Source of the DNA: an uncultured Pelagibacteraceae bacterium
GTDB taxonomy: Bacteria > Pseudomonadota > Alphaproteobacteria > Pelagibacterales > Pelagibacteraceae
Length of the DNA stretch: 64,000 nucleotides
Direction of reading: 5' to 3'
Assembly: GCA_902555665.1 (NCBI GenBank)
Contig: CACDTF010000004.1
Coordinates: 3,834 to 67,833, forward strand
Positions 39,909-49,659 of the stretch are shown here, piece after piece. The position numbers were made by a program, and so were the translations under genes. Positions within the stretch are counted from its first letter, which is position 1. Each line of letters starts with the position of its first letter. The notes under the pieces were generated by a model. The model was given only the letters and a program-made list of their open reading frames with translations, made no database searches and was not told the origin of the DNA.

Positions 39909-40720
39909 TCTAGTTGATTTATAAATTCTTCAAATTGTTTTTTTTCTAAATTTGAAGATTGTTTCTTTCCTGGAAATTTTCCATTCATTGAATCTTTTTT
40001 AAAAGCCTTAAGAGCTTTTACTCTTTCTAGTTTTATTTCATTTCTAAGTTTCAATAAATTTCCATACGCTTTTGAATGTCTTGGGGGATTTTCTGTATCG
40101 CCACAGATATCTTCCATAAATAAATACATTACATCAGCATTTTTACCTGAACCTAATGAAACAGTAACTATATCTGTACGCTTTGAAATTTCACCCATTA
40201 CATTTTCAGGTATTACTTCACACTCAGCCGAAAAAGCACCCGCATCTTCTAATCTTTTAAACTTTTGAAAAAGTTCGTATGCTTCATCAGCAGTTTTACC
40301 CACAGCTCTTAAGCCACCAATCCAAGTAGATTTTCTTGGAACTAAACCTAAATGCCCCATTACTGGAACATCTTCCTTAGCCAGCATTTCAACTATATCC
40401 ATACTTCTTGGTGTCATAACTGCATCCGCACCATTCTCCAATGCTTTAAAAGCCCCACGCATAACATCCTCTGCAGTTACAAACTCATTTAAAACTAAAG
40501 CAGCTGTTAAAAATAAATTTTTTGAACCTTCTCTTACAGGAATTACATTTTTTGCATTTGATATAATCATATCAAATCCAGCCTTTTCAGCTGCCTCGGC
40601 TTCTTCAACACTATTAGCTGTAACTTGTGTAAATTTTCTTTTTCCTTTTGCTGCTTTTAAATCCCCAACAGTCAAAGTTCGGTTTGCCGGTTTAGCAGCC
40701 CAAGTATAGATATTCTTCAT
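39905..40720 (-). CDS. PanB-like (ketopantoate hydroxymethyltransferase fold) protein, divergent
   Basis: VPVMGHLGLVP, GGLRAVGKT, LEDAGAF..ECEV; lacks LVGDS, AD.PF and VK.E. Confidence 0.8.
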   Translation of the reverse strand: MKNIYTWAAKPANRTLTVGDLKAAKGKRKFTQVTANSVEEAEAAEKAGFDMIISNAKNVIPVREGSKNLFLTAALVLNEFVTAEDVMRGAFKALENGADAVMTPRSMDIVEMLAKEDVPVMGHLGLVPRKSTWIGGLRAVGKTADEAYELFQKFKRLEDAGAFSAECEVIPENVMGEISKRTDIVTVSLGSGKNADVMYLFMEDICGDTENPPRHSKAYGNLLKLRNEIKLERVKALKAFKKDSMNGKFPGKKQSSNLEKKQFEEFINQLD

Positions 40721-41136
40721 TATTTAACACCTTTATAAAGAATATCTCTCCTATCAATAAATTCCTCAAAGGTTTTAATGGTAATTACTGAAGGTAATAT
40801 AAATATAGATCTTTTATCTCGCTCATTTCTTATAATTCTAAAATATCCTTTTTTTATTGCAGTATCGATATAAACATTTGAGGTTAAATATGATTTCTCG
40901 ATCACTTTAAGTAATTGATTTTTAGTAATTGATTTATTTTTGTAATAAGCAAGCATAACCATATGCAACATTATCCAATGTTGTGGAGTTAAGGAGAACC
41001 AATTCAATAATTCATTGGCTAACCTTCCTTCAAAATCGCCAAGTGATATTTCTGCTAATTGAATTCTTTTTTGAGTAAGTTTTGGTATTTTTTTTTGTTC
41101 TTCAAAGTGCTTAGGGTACTTGAACTGTCTTTTCAT
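40720..41136 (-). CDS. MarR-like winged-helix regulator
   Basis: 138 aa, HTH-like segment then KKGYF...DKRSIFI wing (DxR motif). Confidence 0.7.
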   Translation of the reverse strand: MKRQFKYPKHFEEQKKIPKLTQKRIQLAEISLGDFEGRLANELLNWFSLTPQHWIMLHMVMLAYYKNKSITKNQLLKVIEKSYLTSNVYIDTAIKKGYFRIIRNERDKRSIFILPSVITIKTFEEFIDRRDILYKGVK

Positions 41137-41164
41137 TTAATTAAATTTAAACTCATTGAGTTTT

Positions 41165-42142
41165 CTATTCAATACTATTTTTACTTAGTAGCTCTTTATA
41201 AATGTTATTTACTCTATGTACTTCTGAAGCAGTGTTAAAATAACCTTCATATTCTATTTCTTCAGGTGTTACGTCAAAATGATAATGCCCAGCATCTCTG
41301 TCATGTTCGTAAGAATGAAAGTGAGTATGTTCACCGGACTCTCTTAGATTTAATTCTCCTCCAGTAGGATCACCAGTCCAAAGAACAGTATAACATTGTA
41401 ATTTTGGTCCAACAGGTTCATAAAATTGAAGAAAATCTTTTACACATTTCATTTGTTTTGGATCATAATACTCATGTTTAATATCTTTATAATCAGGTTG
41501 CACGTGTGATCTTATTTTTCCATTTAATACTCTAAATACTCCCGCAAGAGACAAGTGTTCATTATCTTTAATTTTTAAATTTTTTGATAAAGAAGACCTT
41601 ATTGCTTGGGGCAAAGAACCTTGTTCTCCATTTCTACCTTTGATTTTTATTTTAATAACTTTTCCTTGTTTACCATCTGTGTAATAAATGTTTCCAAGTC
41701 CACCATGTTTTTTTGCAGAATAGTTTTCAACAATACATTTTTTGTCTGGGCTTACTCTTGCTATTATTGACTTCGATTCATCCGTAATTAAATTTTCATT
41801 TATAACTAATTCTCCACAGTGACCATTTAAACATGACATTGCACCTGATCCAGCTCCTAAAGCATAAGATTTTTCTGAGTCAATCATTTTAGATATTTCT
41901 TTATAGTCAAACTCTGCACCAATAAATTTTGGATCATGCATATAAGGCTCTCCACCAACGTCTATTATTTTTTGATTTCCACTTATTCCCTCTGATGGAC
42001 AATCCCAATCTCTAAGATTAGGACACTCTACCACTTCTACTTCAACATTTTTGAAATTTTCAGACAATCCTCTTCTTAATGCATCTGAAATATCTTCTAG
42101 TGAGTAATCTTTAAAAGTTCCTTTTTCTATTCTTAATTGCAT
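41165..42142 (-). CDS. DUF1907 (C11orf54/PTD012-like) zinc protein
   Basis: GLSENF..V.VEVVECPNL, DVGGEPY, GAGSG, EHTHF, GHYHFDVTPEEIEYEGYFN. Confidence 0.88.
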   Translation of the reverse strand: MQLRIEKGTFKDYSLEDISDALRRGLSENFKNVEVEVVECPNLRDWDCPSEGISGNQKIIDVGGEPYMHDPKFIGAEFDYKEISKMIDSEKSYALGAGSGAMSCLNGHCGELVINENLITDESKSIIARVSPDKKCIVENYSAKKHGGLGNIYYTDGKQGKVIKIKIKGRNGEQGSLPQAIRSSLSKNLKIKDNEHLSLAGVFRVLNGKIRSHVQPDYKDIKHEYYDPKQMKCVKDFLQFYEPVGPKLQCYTVLWTGDPTGGELNLRESGEHTHFHSYEHDRDAGHYHFDVTPEEIEYEGYFNTASEVHRVNNIYKELLSKNSIE

Positions 42143-42186
42143 GATGTTAATAAGCTATAATTTATTTTGCATAATGTCTATAGATA

Positions 42187-42209
42187 ATATATATAATTTC
42201 TATACATAA
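42187..42209. promoter_or_regulatory. Candidate operator, copy 2 (DUF1907 / panE-like divergent region)
   Basis: ATATATATA-atttc-TATACATAA. Confidence 0.65.
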
Positions 42210-42230
42210 ATAATTTTAAATAAGGTAACG

Positions 42231-43175
42231 ATGATTAATAAAGATTTGAAAGTAGCTGTTCTTGGTGCTGGAGCAATGGGTTGCTTATTTGGCGGTTTGC
42301 TTGCTGAAAAAGGTTTAAGTGTAATTTTAATTGATGTTTGGAAAGAACATGTAGATGCAATTAATAAAGATGGTTTGAAAATGGATGGTCATGGCGGAGA
42401 TCGTATAATCAAAGTTAAAGCCACTTCAGATCCATCCTCGTTGGATAAAGTAGATGCTGTAATAGTTATGTGTAAAGCTACAGCTTTAGAACCGGCATTA
42501 AATAGTATTAAAAATATCATTGGAGACAAAACAGTATTCATGTCTTTTCAAAATGGTATTGGCCATGAAGCAATTATTCAAGGTATTGTAGGTAACGAAA
42601 AAGTAATAGGTGGAACAACTACTCAAGCTTCAAACATTCTAGGACCGGGTCATATAATGAATCATGGTTCGTTACCATCTTGGATTGGTGAGTACGAGGG
42701 GGGAATTACTGATAGAATTAAAGAAATAGCAGATACTTTTACAGCACATAATCTTGAAATGATTGCTGCAGAAGATGTAAAGAAAAGAAAATGGATGAAA
42801 CTTTTTGCTTTAACAGCAATTGGACCATTATCTGCAATTTTTGATCTTCATCATACTGATTTATACATAAACAATAAAGCAAACAAAGTATCTAGAGGTC
42901 TAGGTAAAAAAATAATTTTAGAGACGAGAGAAGTGGCGCTTGCAGATGGAGTTAATGTTTCAGAAGACGAATGCTTATTAATGTTTAATAAAATTGTAGA
43001 CTCAATGCAAACTAACAAGTCGTCTATGGCTTTTGATGTTCAATATAAGAGAAAGACTGAAATAGACTTTATTAGTGGCGCAGTTTCAAAAATAGGTAAA
43101 AAACATGGGATTAAAACACCTTTAAACGATCTGATGTATAAAATGATTAAAGTGAAAGAAGGAATGTACAGCTAA
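42231..43175 (+). CDS. Ketopantoate reductase family (PanE/ApbA-like) oxidoreductase
   Basis: VLGAGAMG, SFQNGIG, W.KL, KSSM..D...KRKTEIDFISG. Confidence 0.88.
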   Translation: MINKDLKVAVLGAGAMGCLFGGLLAEKGLSVILIDVWKEHVDAINKDGLKMDGHGGDRIIKVKATSDPSSLDKVDAVIVMCKATALEPALNSIKNIIGDKTVFMSFQNGIGHEAIIQGIVGNEKVIGGTTTQASNILGPGHIMNHGSLPSWIGEYEGGITDRIKEIADTFTAHNLEMIAAEDVKKRKWMKLFALTAIGPLSAIFDLHHTDLYINNKANKVSRGLGKKIILETREVALADGVNVSEDECLLMFNKIVDSMQTNKSSMAFDVQYKRKTEIDFISGAVSKIGKKHGIKTPLNDLMYKMIKVKEGMYS

Positions 43176-44045
43176 ATGCTCAGTACAAATAAATTAAAAA
43201 AAATCAAAAGTAACTTTCCTGTTTTAGTTGGAGACAACGTTGTTTCAAAAAATATCTGTAATTTATTAATTAAAGAAATAAGTAACTCAAAATCATTTGA
43301 TGATATGATTATGGGGGGTAGAAGCAGGATTAATAAAGGTTCTAAAAATTTTAATTTATATATTAAAAATTCAATTAACTCTGCAAAACTTTTTAAACTT
43401 TTTAATAGTAAGTCTTTTTATAAAAAAATTGAAAATCTTTTTACAAAAAATTTTAAGGACGGATCGTGGGTAAATTTACATAAACCAAAATCATTTAATC
43501 CTAAAAAGTTCACTATTAAAAAAAAATTAAATTCTAGTGAATTAGAAAAAATGTTGGGTAACAATTATACTAATCCTAAAGTAAATTTAGATATAGACTT
43601 TTCAGTATCAAAGGGAGGGTATAGATTAAGACCTCATCGAGATGATATAACTAGATTATATAATTTCTTAATTTATTTAACAGACATTCCAAAAAAGAAT
43701 GGTGGCTCTCTTACTATCTATAGAAAAAAAACAAAAAAAAATTTAAGAAAAAGTTTTAGAAGATTTCCAAAAATAACTGAGCTTGAAATAGTCAAATCTT
43801 TTACACCCAAAAAAGGAACTGTTGTTTTTTTCCAATCTACTCCAAATTCTTATCATGGAGTGAAGCGCTTTGTAGAAAAAAACTGTCCAAAGCGTTTTTT
43901 TATTTATGGAAGTTATGCATTAAATAAACCAGTTATATGGAATTACAAAGGTAACTCATATTATCCTCACATAATTAGCACCAAAAAAAGAATGTTAACC
44001 TCTTTTCATGATGCGAACTATTATACCACAGCACCAAAACATTGA
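43176..44045 (+). CDS. Fe(II)/2-oxoglutarate-dependent oxygenase
   Basis: PHRD, LIYL, GGSL, NSYHGV...R facial-triad pattern. Confidence 0.8.
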   Translation: MLSTNKLKKIKSNFPVLVGDNVVSKNICNLLIKEISNSKSFDDMIMGGRSRINKGSKNFNLYIKNSINSAKLFKLFNSKSFYKKIENLFTKNFKDGSWVNLHKPKSFNPKKFTIKKKLNSSELEKMLGNNYTNPKVNLDIDFSVSKGGYRLRPHRDDITRLYNFLIYLTDIPKKNGGSLTIYRKKTKKNLRKSFRRFPKITELEIVKSFTPKKGTVVFFQSTPNSYHGVKRFVEKNCPKRFFIYGSYALNKPVIWNYKGNSYYPHIISTKKRMLTSFHDANYYTTAPKH

Positions 44046-44073
44046 AATATTGTGAATGATAAAATAAATTTTA

Positions 44074-45060
44074 ATGATGACAAATAGTCTTCAAAAAAAA
44101 TTATATGAGAATGGGTACTTGATTGTTAAAAATGTACTTAATTTTAGAAGAGACTTAAAACCAATTCTAAATGATATGGAATTTGTTATGGATTGTCTCA
44201 TCCAAAAATATGCAAAAAAGAGAGGCATAAAAAAAGTTCTTAATTTCGATTTTAAAAAAAAATACTCTTATATTTCCAAACTTAATATTTATGATTTAGA
44301 TCAATATTTTAATACACGATTACCAAGAGACCATGTAAAAAAAGATAGTGATTATTTTGCTACTCAATCATTATGGAATTTAATTACAAATAAAAATATT
44401 TTGGATGTTGTAGAAAAGATTTTGGGAAAAGAAATAATGTCTAACCCTGTGCAAAATACTAGAATTAAACAGCCTGAAAAAAAATTACCAAAGGGTTCAA
44501 TTCATGATGGTTTAAGTGGAAGAACGCCTTGGCATCAGGATGCGGCTGTATTAAATACAAAAGGGCAAAAATTAACTGACATGGTTACTGTGTGGATTCC
44601 TTTTACTAAAACTACTAAAAAAAATGGATGTATGATTACTGTTAAAAAGATAAATAAAATAGGATTACTAAATCATATTTCAGGATACAGAGGACAAGTA
44701 CAATTAAAAAATAGTGAATTGTTAGATGATATGAAACATGTTTATTTAGAGGCTAACATTGGCGATGTGATACTTCTGCACAAACATTCAATACATTGTT
44801 CTTTACCAAATAGATCAAATGATTTTAGAATAAGTGCTGATCTAAGGTATAATGTTGCTGGACAGCCATCAGGACGAGAGCCCCTTCCCAATTTTTACGT
44901 TAGAAGTAAAAATAAAAAAAATCTTAAAATTAAAAATTTTAAACAATGGCTAGCTCTTTGGGAAAAAGCTAAAGAAAAATGTATTCCAAGAAAATTTGCT
45001 TTTAAATATCCTCTACCTACTTTCAAAAATAATAAAAGAGATTTATCTAATTTAATTTAA
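44074..45060 (+). CDS. Phytanoyl-CoA dioxygenase (PhyH) family protein
   Basis: TPWHQD, VTVWIP, NGCM, GDV, IHCS.PN.S..FRIS.DLRY. Confidence 0.88.
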   Translation: MMTNSLQKKLYENGYLIVKNVLNFRRDLKPILNDMEFVMDCLIQKYAKKRGIKKVLNFDFKKKYSYISKLNIYDLDQYFNTRLPRDHVKKDSDYFATQSLWNLITNKNILDVVEKILGKEIMSNPVQNTRIKQPEKKLPKGSIHDGLSGRTPWHQDAAVLNTKGQKLTDMVTVWIPFTKTTKKNGCMITVKKINKIGLLNHISGYRGQVQLKNSELLDDMKHVYLEANIGDVILLHKHSIHCSLPNRSNDFRISADLRYNVAGQPSGREPLPNFYVRSKNKKNLKIKNFKQWLALWEKAKEKCIPRKFAFKYPLPTFKNNKRDLSNLI

Positions 45061-45102
45061 TAATAAATATTTTATAAAACTTATATTTGTGTATAAGTGC
45101 TT

Positions 45103-46059
45103 ATGAAAAAAATATTAGTAATCCAACCTATACATAAAGCTGGGATAGAGCTTATTAAAAATAATCCAGATTACGAATTTGAGGTTATAGAAAATACAGA
45201 TATTGAATTTCTTAAAACAAAAATAAAAGACTGTGATGGCGTTTCAATTAGAACTGCAAAACTAGCTGGAGAAGTAATTGATAGCGCAAATAAACTTAAA
45301 ATTATTTCAAGACATGGTGTTGGTTATGACAATATAGACTTAGAAAGCACAAAAAAAAATGACATTACTCTTACAATAACGGCAACCGCAAATGCAGTAG
45401 CTGTAGCTGAGCATGTAATGTTTATGCTGCTAAATATTTCCAAAAAAGGAAATATGTACGATGAAACTGTTAAAAGTGGTAAATTCAATGACCGAAATAA
45501 ATTGCCCAAAACTGTTGAATTATGGAATAAAAATATATTGATTGCTGGATTTGGTCGTATTGGACAGGCTTTAATAAAAAGATGTCAGGGATTTGAAATG
45601 AAAGTTTTTGTTTATGATCCTTTTGTGTCCAAAGAAATAATTGAAAAGCACGGTGGCACAAAAGTGGATAGTTTAGAAGAAGCCTCGAAAAGCATGGATG
45701 CTATATCCCTTCATGTGCCACTAAATGAAAAAACTAAGAATATTATCAACTATGATTTACTAAAAAATATGAAAAAAAATTGTATTATAATCAATGCTGC
45801 AAGAGGTGGAGTTATAAATGAAATCGATCTAAATAAAGCTTTAAATGAAAATTTAATTCTTGGAGCTGGTTTAGACGTTTTTGAAATCGAGCCACCTGAA
45901 CTAGATAATCCTTTACTAAAAAATAATAAAGTATTTTTAAGTCCACATACTGCTGCGTTCACAGAGGAATGTATGACAAGAATGGGTAAAGAAACAATCC
46001 AAAATATTATTGATTTTTTTGACAAAAAGTTGGAAAAATCAAAGACCGTAAAATTATAA
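45103..46059 (+). CDS. D-2-hydroxyacid dehydrogenase (SerA-like, no ACT domain)
   Basis: RHGVGYDNID, VAEH, GFGRIG, INAARGG, LDVFE.EP, SPHTA. Confidence 0.9.
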   Translation: MKKILVIQPIHKAGIELIKNNPDYEFEVIENTDIEFLKTKIKDCDGVSIRTAKLAGEVIDSANKLKIISRHGVGYDNIDLESTKKNDITLTITATANAVAVAEHVMFMLLNISKKGNMYDETVKSGKFNDRNKLPKTVELWNKNILIAGFGRIGQALIKRCQGFEMKVFVYDPFVSKEIIEKHGGTKVDSLEEASKSMDAISLHVPLNEKTKNIINYDLLKNMKKNCIIINAARGGVINEIDLNKALNENLILGAGLDVFEIEPPELDNPLLKNNKVFLSPHTAAFTEECMTRMGKETIQNIIDFFDKKLEKSKTVKL

Positions 46060-46560
46060 ATGAAAATTAATTTCAAAAATTTTGGTTTTTTAGAATTTTT
46101 AGTATCAGCATCTGCAATCTTTGTAGTTGGTATGTTATTTTGGACGGCAAGCACTAGACCAGCAGTTGAAGCTAAAGCTAATTTAGTAAAAGAAAATCAC
46201 AACAAAGTCGTTGATCTAATTAATGATGAAATTAACAAATGTGGAAACAACGATGAAGGTAAATTTACTGTTTGGGGTGATCCATGTAATGGTGAATGGA
46301 TAGCTGATAAAGTTGTTAATTACATCAATGAAAATTTAAAAATAGAAAATCCATTTTCTGATGACTCAAAAGTAAAAACTGATCCTGATCCAAGAATAAA
46401 AGCTGAAGGTAAAGCTGGTCAAGCGGTTGAAATGGGAGTGATATTTGTTATGTCCTCAAATTTTTTACCTGATCCTGGTTCTGAATGGATTGTTGGTACT
46501 TGTTTCAAATCTCCTTGTGTTGCAGCAGGAAATAATGAACTTACGTCTATTTATAGATAA
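46060..46560 (+). CDS. Degenerate type IV pilin-like membrane-anchored protein
   Basis: N-terminal NFGFLEFLV plus hydrophobic helix; Cys pairs; ENPF. Confidence 0.5.
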   Translation: MKINFKNFGFLEFLVSASAIFVVGMLFWTASTRPAVEAKANLVKENHNKVVDLINDEINKCGNNDEGKFTVWGDPCNGEWIADKVVNYINENLKIENPFSDDSKVKTDPDPRIKAEGKAGQAVEMGVIFVMSSNFLPDPGSEWIVGTCFKSPCVAAGNNELTSIYR

Positions 46561-47463
46561 TCAATTTTTAAAGATCTCTATATTGCTGCTATTTAAGGTT
46601 TCAGTTAAATATTTATAACCAATCTTTGCATATTCAAAAGGATTTGCTTTTGCTGGATCTTGCTCAGCTTCAACTACCAACCAACCTGAATAATTTTTTT
46701 TTTTTAATACATCAAATAGTGGCTTGTAATCAATACAGCCATCTCCAGGCACTGTAAAAGCACCTTCTAAAAACGCTCCTCTAAAACTCAAATCTTCTTT
46801 CAAAGATTTTTCTAAAACATTTTTTCTAATATCCTTACAATGCATATGAATTAATCTTTCACTAAAATCATTTAATATTTTAAGAGAATTGCCTTGAGCA
46901 AATAGCATGTGACCAGTGTCTAACGTAAGTTTAACACTATCATCAGTATTTTCTAACAATCTTACTGTATCTTCCTCAGTTTCTACAACTGTCCCCATAT
47001 GATGATGGTAAGCAAGAGGCATTCCTTGGCCTTCTAAATATTTTCCCATCTCTGAAATTTTTGCATAGTATTCTTTGGCTTCTTCAAGACTCATTTTTGG
47101 CCTTGTAGAAAGTTTTCTATTTGGGTCGCCTTGAATTGAACCTGAAACTTCTGCAAAAACCATGCAGGGAGAGTTGCAATCTTTGAATAATTTTAGCTGA
47201 GCTTGTATTAAATTTTTCTCTTCTTTAACTGTATTTTTTCTTAAATTTGCCCCATACCAACCTGAACAAAGATTTAAATTAAACTCTTTTAATTTAGGGA
47301 TTAATTCTTCAGAGTTTTTAGGAAATTTTCCTCCAGACTCAATTCCAATAAAACCTGCTTGACTAGCTTCTGATAAACATTGTTCTAAAGAAGTATCGCC
47401 CCCAAGTTCTGGCATGTCATCATTGCTCCATGCAATTGGTGCTATTCCTAATTTTACTGACAT
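46561..47463 (-). CDS. iolE: myo-inosose-2 dehydratase
   Basis: LGIAPIAWSNDDMPELGG, YHHHMGT, LDTGH, H.KD, FTVPGDG, VVEAEQDP. Confidence 0.97.
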   Translation of the reverse strand: MSVKLGIAPIAWSNDDMPELGGDTSLEQCLSEASQAGFIGIESGGKFPKNSEELIPKLKEFNLNLCSGWYGANLRKNTVKEEKNLIQAQLKLFKDCNSPCMVFAEVSGSIQGDPNRKLSTRPKMSLEEAKEYYAKISEMGKYLEGQGMPLAYHHHMGTVVETEEDTVRLLENTDDSVKLTLDTGHMLFAQGNSLKILNDFSERLIHMHCKDIRKNVLEKSLKEDLSFRGAFLEGAFTVPGDGCIDYKPLFDVLKKKNYSGWLVVEAEQDPAKANPFEYAKIGYKYLTETLNSSNIEIFKN

Positions 47464-47491
47464 AAATATTTTTTTTGCTAAGATATATTCA

Positions 47492-48640
47492 ATGTTTAAA
47501 TCAAATAAAACTAAAAAATTAAGTTTAGGAATTGTTGGGGGTGGACCTGGATCTTGGATTGGTCATGTACATCGAATCTCATCTAGATTTGATGATCAAT
47601 ACGAAATAGTAGCTGGTGTTTTTTCTAGAAATGTAAAACTTTCAACAAAGTTTGGGAAAAGTTTAGGCATTTCATCTGACAGATGTTACTCAAATTATAA
47701 AGAAATGGCTGAAAAAGAATCTAAGAGAAAAGATGGAATTAACGTAGTTGCTATAATGACACCTCCATCGAGTCATCAAATTATTGCTGAAAAATTTATT
47801 TCAAAAAATGTAAATATAATTTCTGATAAACCTTTTGCTGGAAATTTAGAGCAAGCAAAAAAACTTTTCAAATCGATTAAAAAAAATAAAAAAATTAAAT
47901 ATGCACTTACACATAACTACTCTGCTTATCCTATGGTTAGACAAGCAAAAATTCTTGTTGAGAGAGGCAAGATAGGAAAAGTAAGAATGATAAATGTTGA
48001 GTATGTACAGGATTGGTCTGATGGATCATCTATCAATATTAGAAATGCAAAAAAGAAATTAAAATGGAAACTTGATAAAAATATTGTTGGCTCGTCGGCT
48101 GTTTTAAATGAAATTGGCTCTCATGCTTATCATTTGGCAATGTATATATCTGGTTTAAAGGGCACAAATGTTTTTGCTGATATAAAGCAAATTTCTCCAA
48201 AGATAAAAATGGATGATAATGCTCAAGTTATGATTAATTTTACGAACGGAGCAAAAGGTATGTTCTGGACTAGCGTAATGTCTAGAGGAGGAGTTTACGG
48301 ATTGAGAATAAGAGTCTATGGTGACAAAGGAAGTTTGGAATGGGTTCAAAATGATCCTGGTTACTTAAAGTTAAATCCTTCCAAAGGTGCGGTAAAACTT
48401 TTAGAAAGAGGTTTTCATAACGCAGATTTTTCGAAGAATTTTTCTAGAATTAAATTTGGACATCCAGAAGGATATTTAGATGCGTTTGCAAATATATATA
48501 AAGAATTTGCACAATCCTTAAAAAGTAAAAAAAATAAACGATATTTTTATCCTGATGAGGATGAAGGATTTGAAACTGCAAAATTTATTAATGCATGTAA
48601 GGTTTCATCAAAAAGTAAAAAATGGGTAAAAATCAAATAA
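47492..48640 (+). CDS. Gfo/Idh/MocA oxidoreductase
   Basis: GIVGGG...IG.VHR, DKPF, YSAYPMVRQ, GHPEGY..AFAN.Y; start moved to 47492. Confidence 0.9.
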   Translation: MFKSNKTKKLSLGIVGGGPGSWIGHVHRISSRFDDQYEIVAGVFSRNVKLSTKFGKSLGISSDRCYSNYKEMAEKESKRKDGINVVAIMTPPSSHQIIAEKFISKNVNIISDKPFAGNLEQAKKLFKSIKKNKKIKYALTHNYSAYPMVRQAKILVERGKIGKVRMINVEYVQDWSDGSSINIRNAKKKLKWKLDKNIVGSSAVLNEIGSHAYHLAMYISGLKGTNVFADIKQISPKIKMDDNAQVMINFTNGAKGMFWTSVMSRGGVYGLRIRVYGDKGSLEWVQNDPGYLKLNPSKGAVKLLERGFHNADFSKNFSRIKFGHPEGYLDAFANIYKEFAQSLKSKKNKRYFYPDEDEGFETAKFINACKVSSKSKKWVKIK

Positions 48641-49636
48641 ACGTAGCATTACTTGGCCTAGGTAGAATAGGTCAAATGCATGCTGAAAACTTAACAAATC
48701 ACAAAAGTTTTAAATTAAATTATACTTTTGATATCAGTAAAAAGTTAGCTAAAAAAAATTTCAAGAAAATTTAATACAATTGATATTGGTAACCCTGAAA
48801 AAGCTTTTAGAGATAAAAATATAGATTTAATATTTATTGCATCTAGTACTTCTACTCATATTAAATTTATAAAAGAGGCAGCAAGATATAAAAAAGTTGT
48901 CTTTTGTGAAAAACCTTTGGATTTAAATATTGATAAGGTTAATAAATGTTTAAAAGAAATCAAAAAGTATAAACCTAAAATACAATTAGGTTTTAACAGA
49001 AGGTACGACCCAGGACATAGTTCAATAAAACAAGAATTTAGAAAAGGAAAAATTGGAAAACTAGAAAAAATAATTATCACCAGCCGAGATCCTGCCCCAC
49101 CTTCATTAAATTATTTAAAAGTATCCGGTGGCATATTTAAAGACATGATGATTCATGACTTTGATTTATTAAGATTTTATTTGGAAAAAGATGAAATAGA
49201 AAATATTTTTACTACAGCTAGTAATATTTCAGATAAAAGATTTGATAAAATTAGAGATTATGAACTAGCTTCATGTCTTTTGAAATCAAAACAAGGTGTG
49301 CAATGTATAATTACAAATTCTAGACACTGTAGCTTTGGGTACGATCAAAGAGTAGAGTTATTTGGTTCAAAAGGAATGTTAATATCTGGAAATAAAAGTG
49401 AGAATGAAACAGAGATTTTTACAAAAAATAACACATCACAGAAAAAACCACTTTTAAATTTTTTTATAGATAGATATGTTGATGCTTACAGGCTTCAACT
49501 TGATGAATTAGCTTTATATTCAAGAAAAAAAAAGTCCCCGATTTCAAGTTTTGAGGATGGAAGAAGAGCTTTGATTATTGCTGATGCCGCATCACAATCT
49601 TTAAAACAAAGAAAACAAATAAAAATTAAGTTTTAA
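48622..49636 (+). pseudogene. iolG: Inositol 2-dehydrogenase with a +1 frameshift in an A8 run (pseudogene, phase variant or sequencing error)
   Basis: ATG 48622 gives MGKNQINVALLGLGRIGQMHA..., stop 48772-48774. Removing one A from 48751-48758 joins it to FCEKPL...GFNRRYDP...SRDP...GGIFKDMMIHDFD...GYDQRVE (337 aa). Confidence 0.88.
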
Positions 49637-49659
49637 TCCTAAATTATAATTATTCTAAT

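Noticed and set aside
39905-43175. Pantothenate biosynthesis operon (panB, panE)
   Set aside because: The PanB metal-binding motifs are missing, panC/panD are absent and the context is catabolic.
48917-49636. Stand-alone 239-aa dehydrogenase as given in the ORF track
   Set aside because: It lacks the NAD-binding N-terminus, which lies upstream in another frame; it is the distal part of frameshifted iolG.
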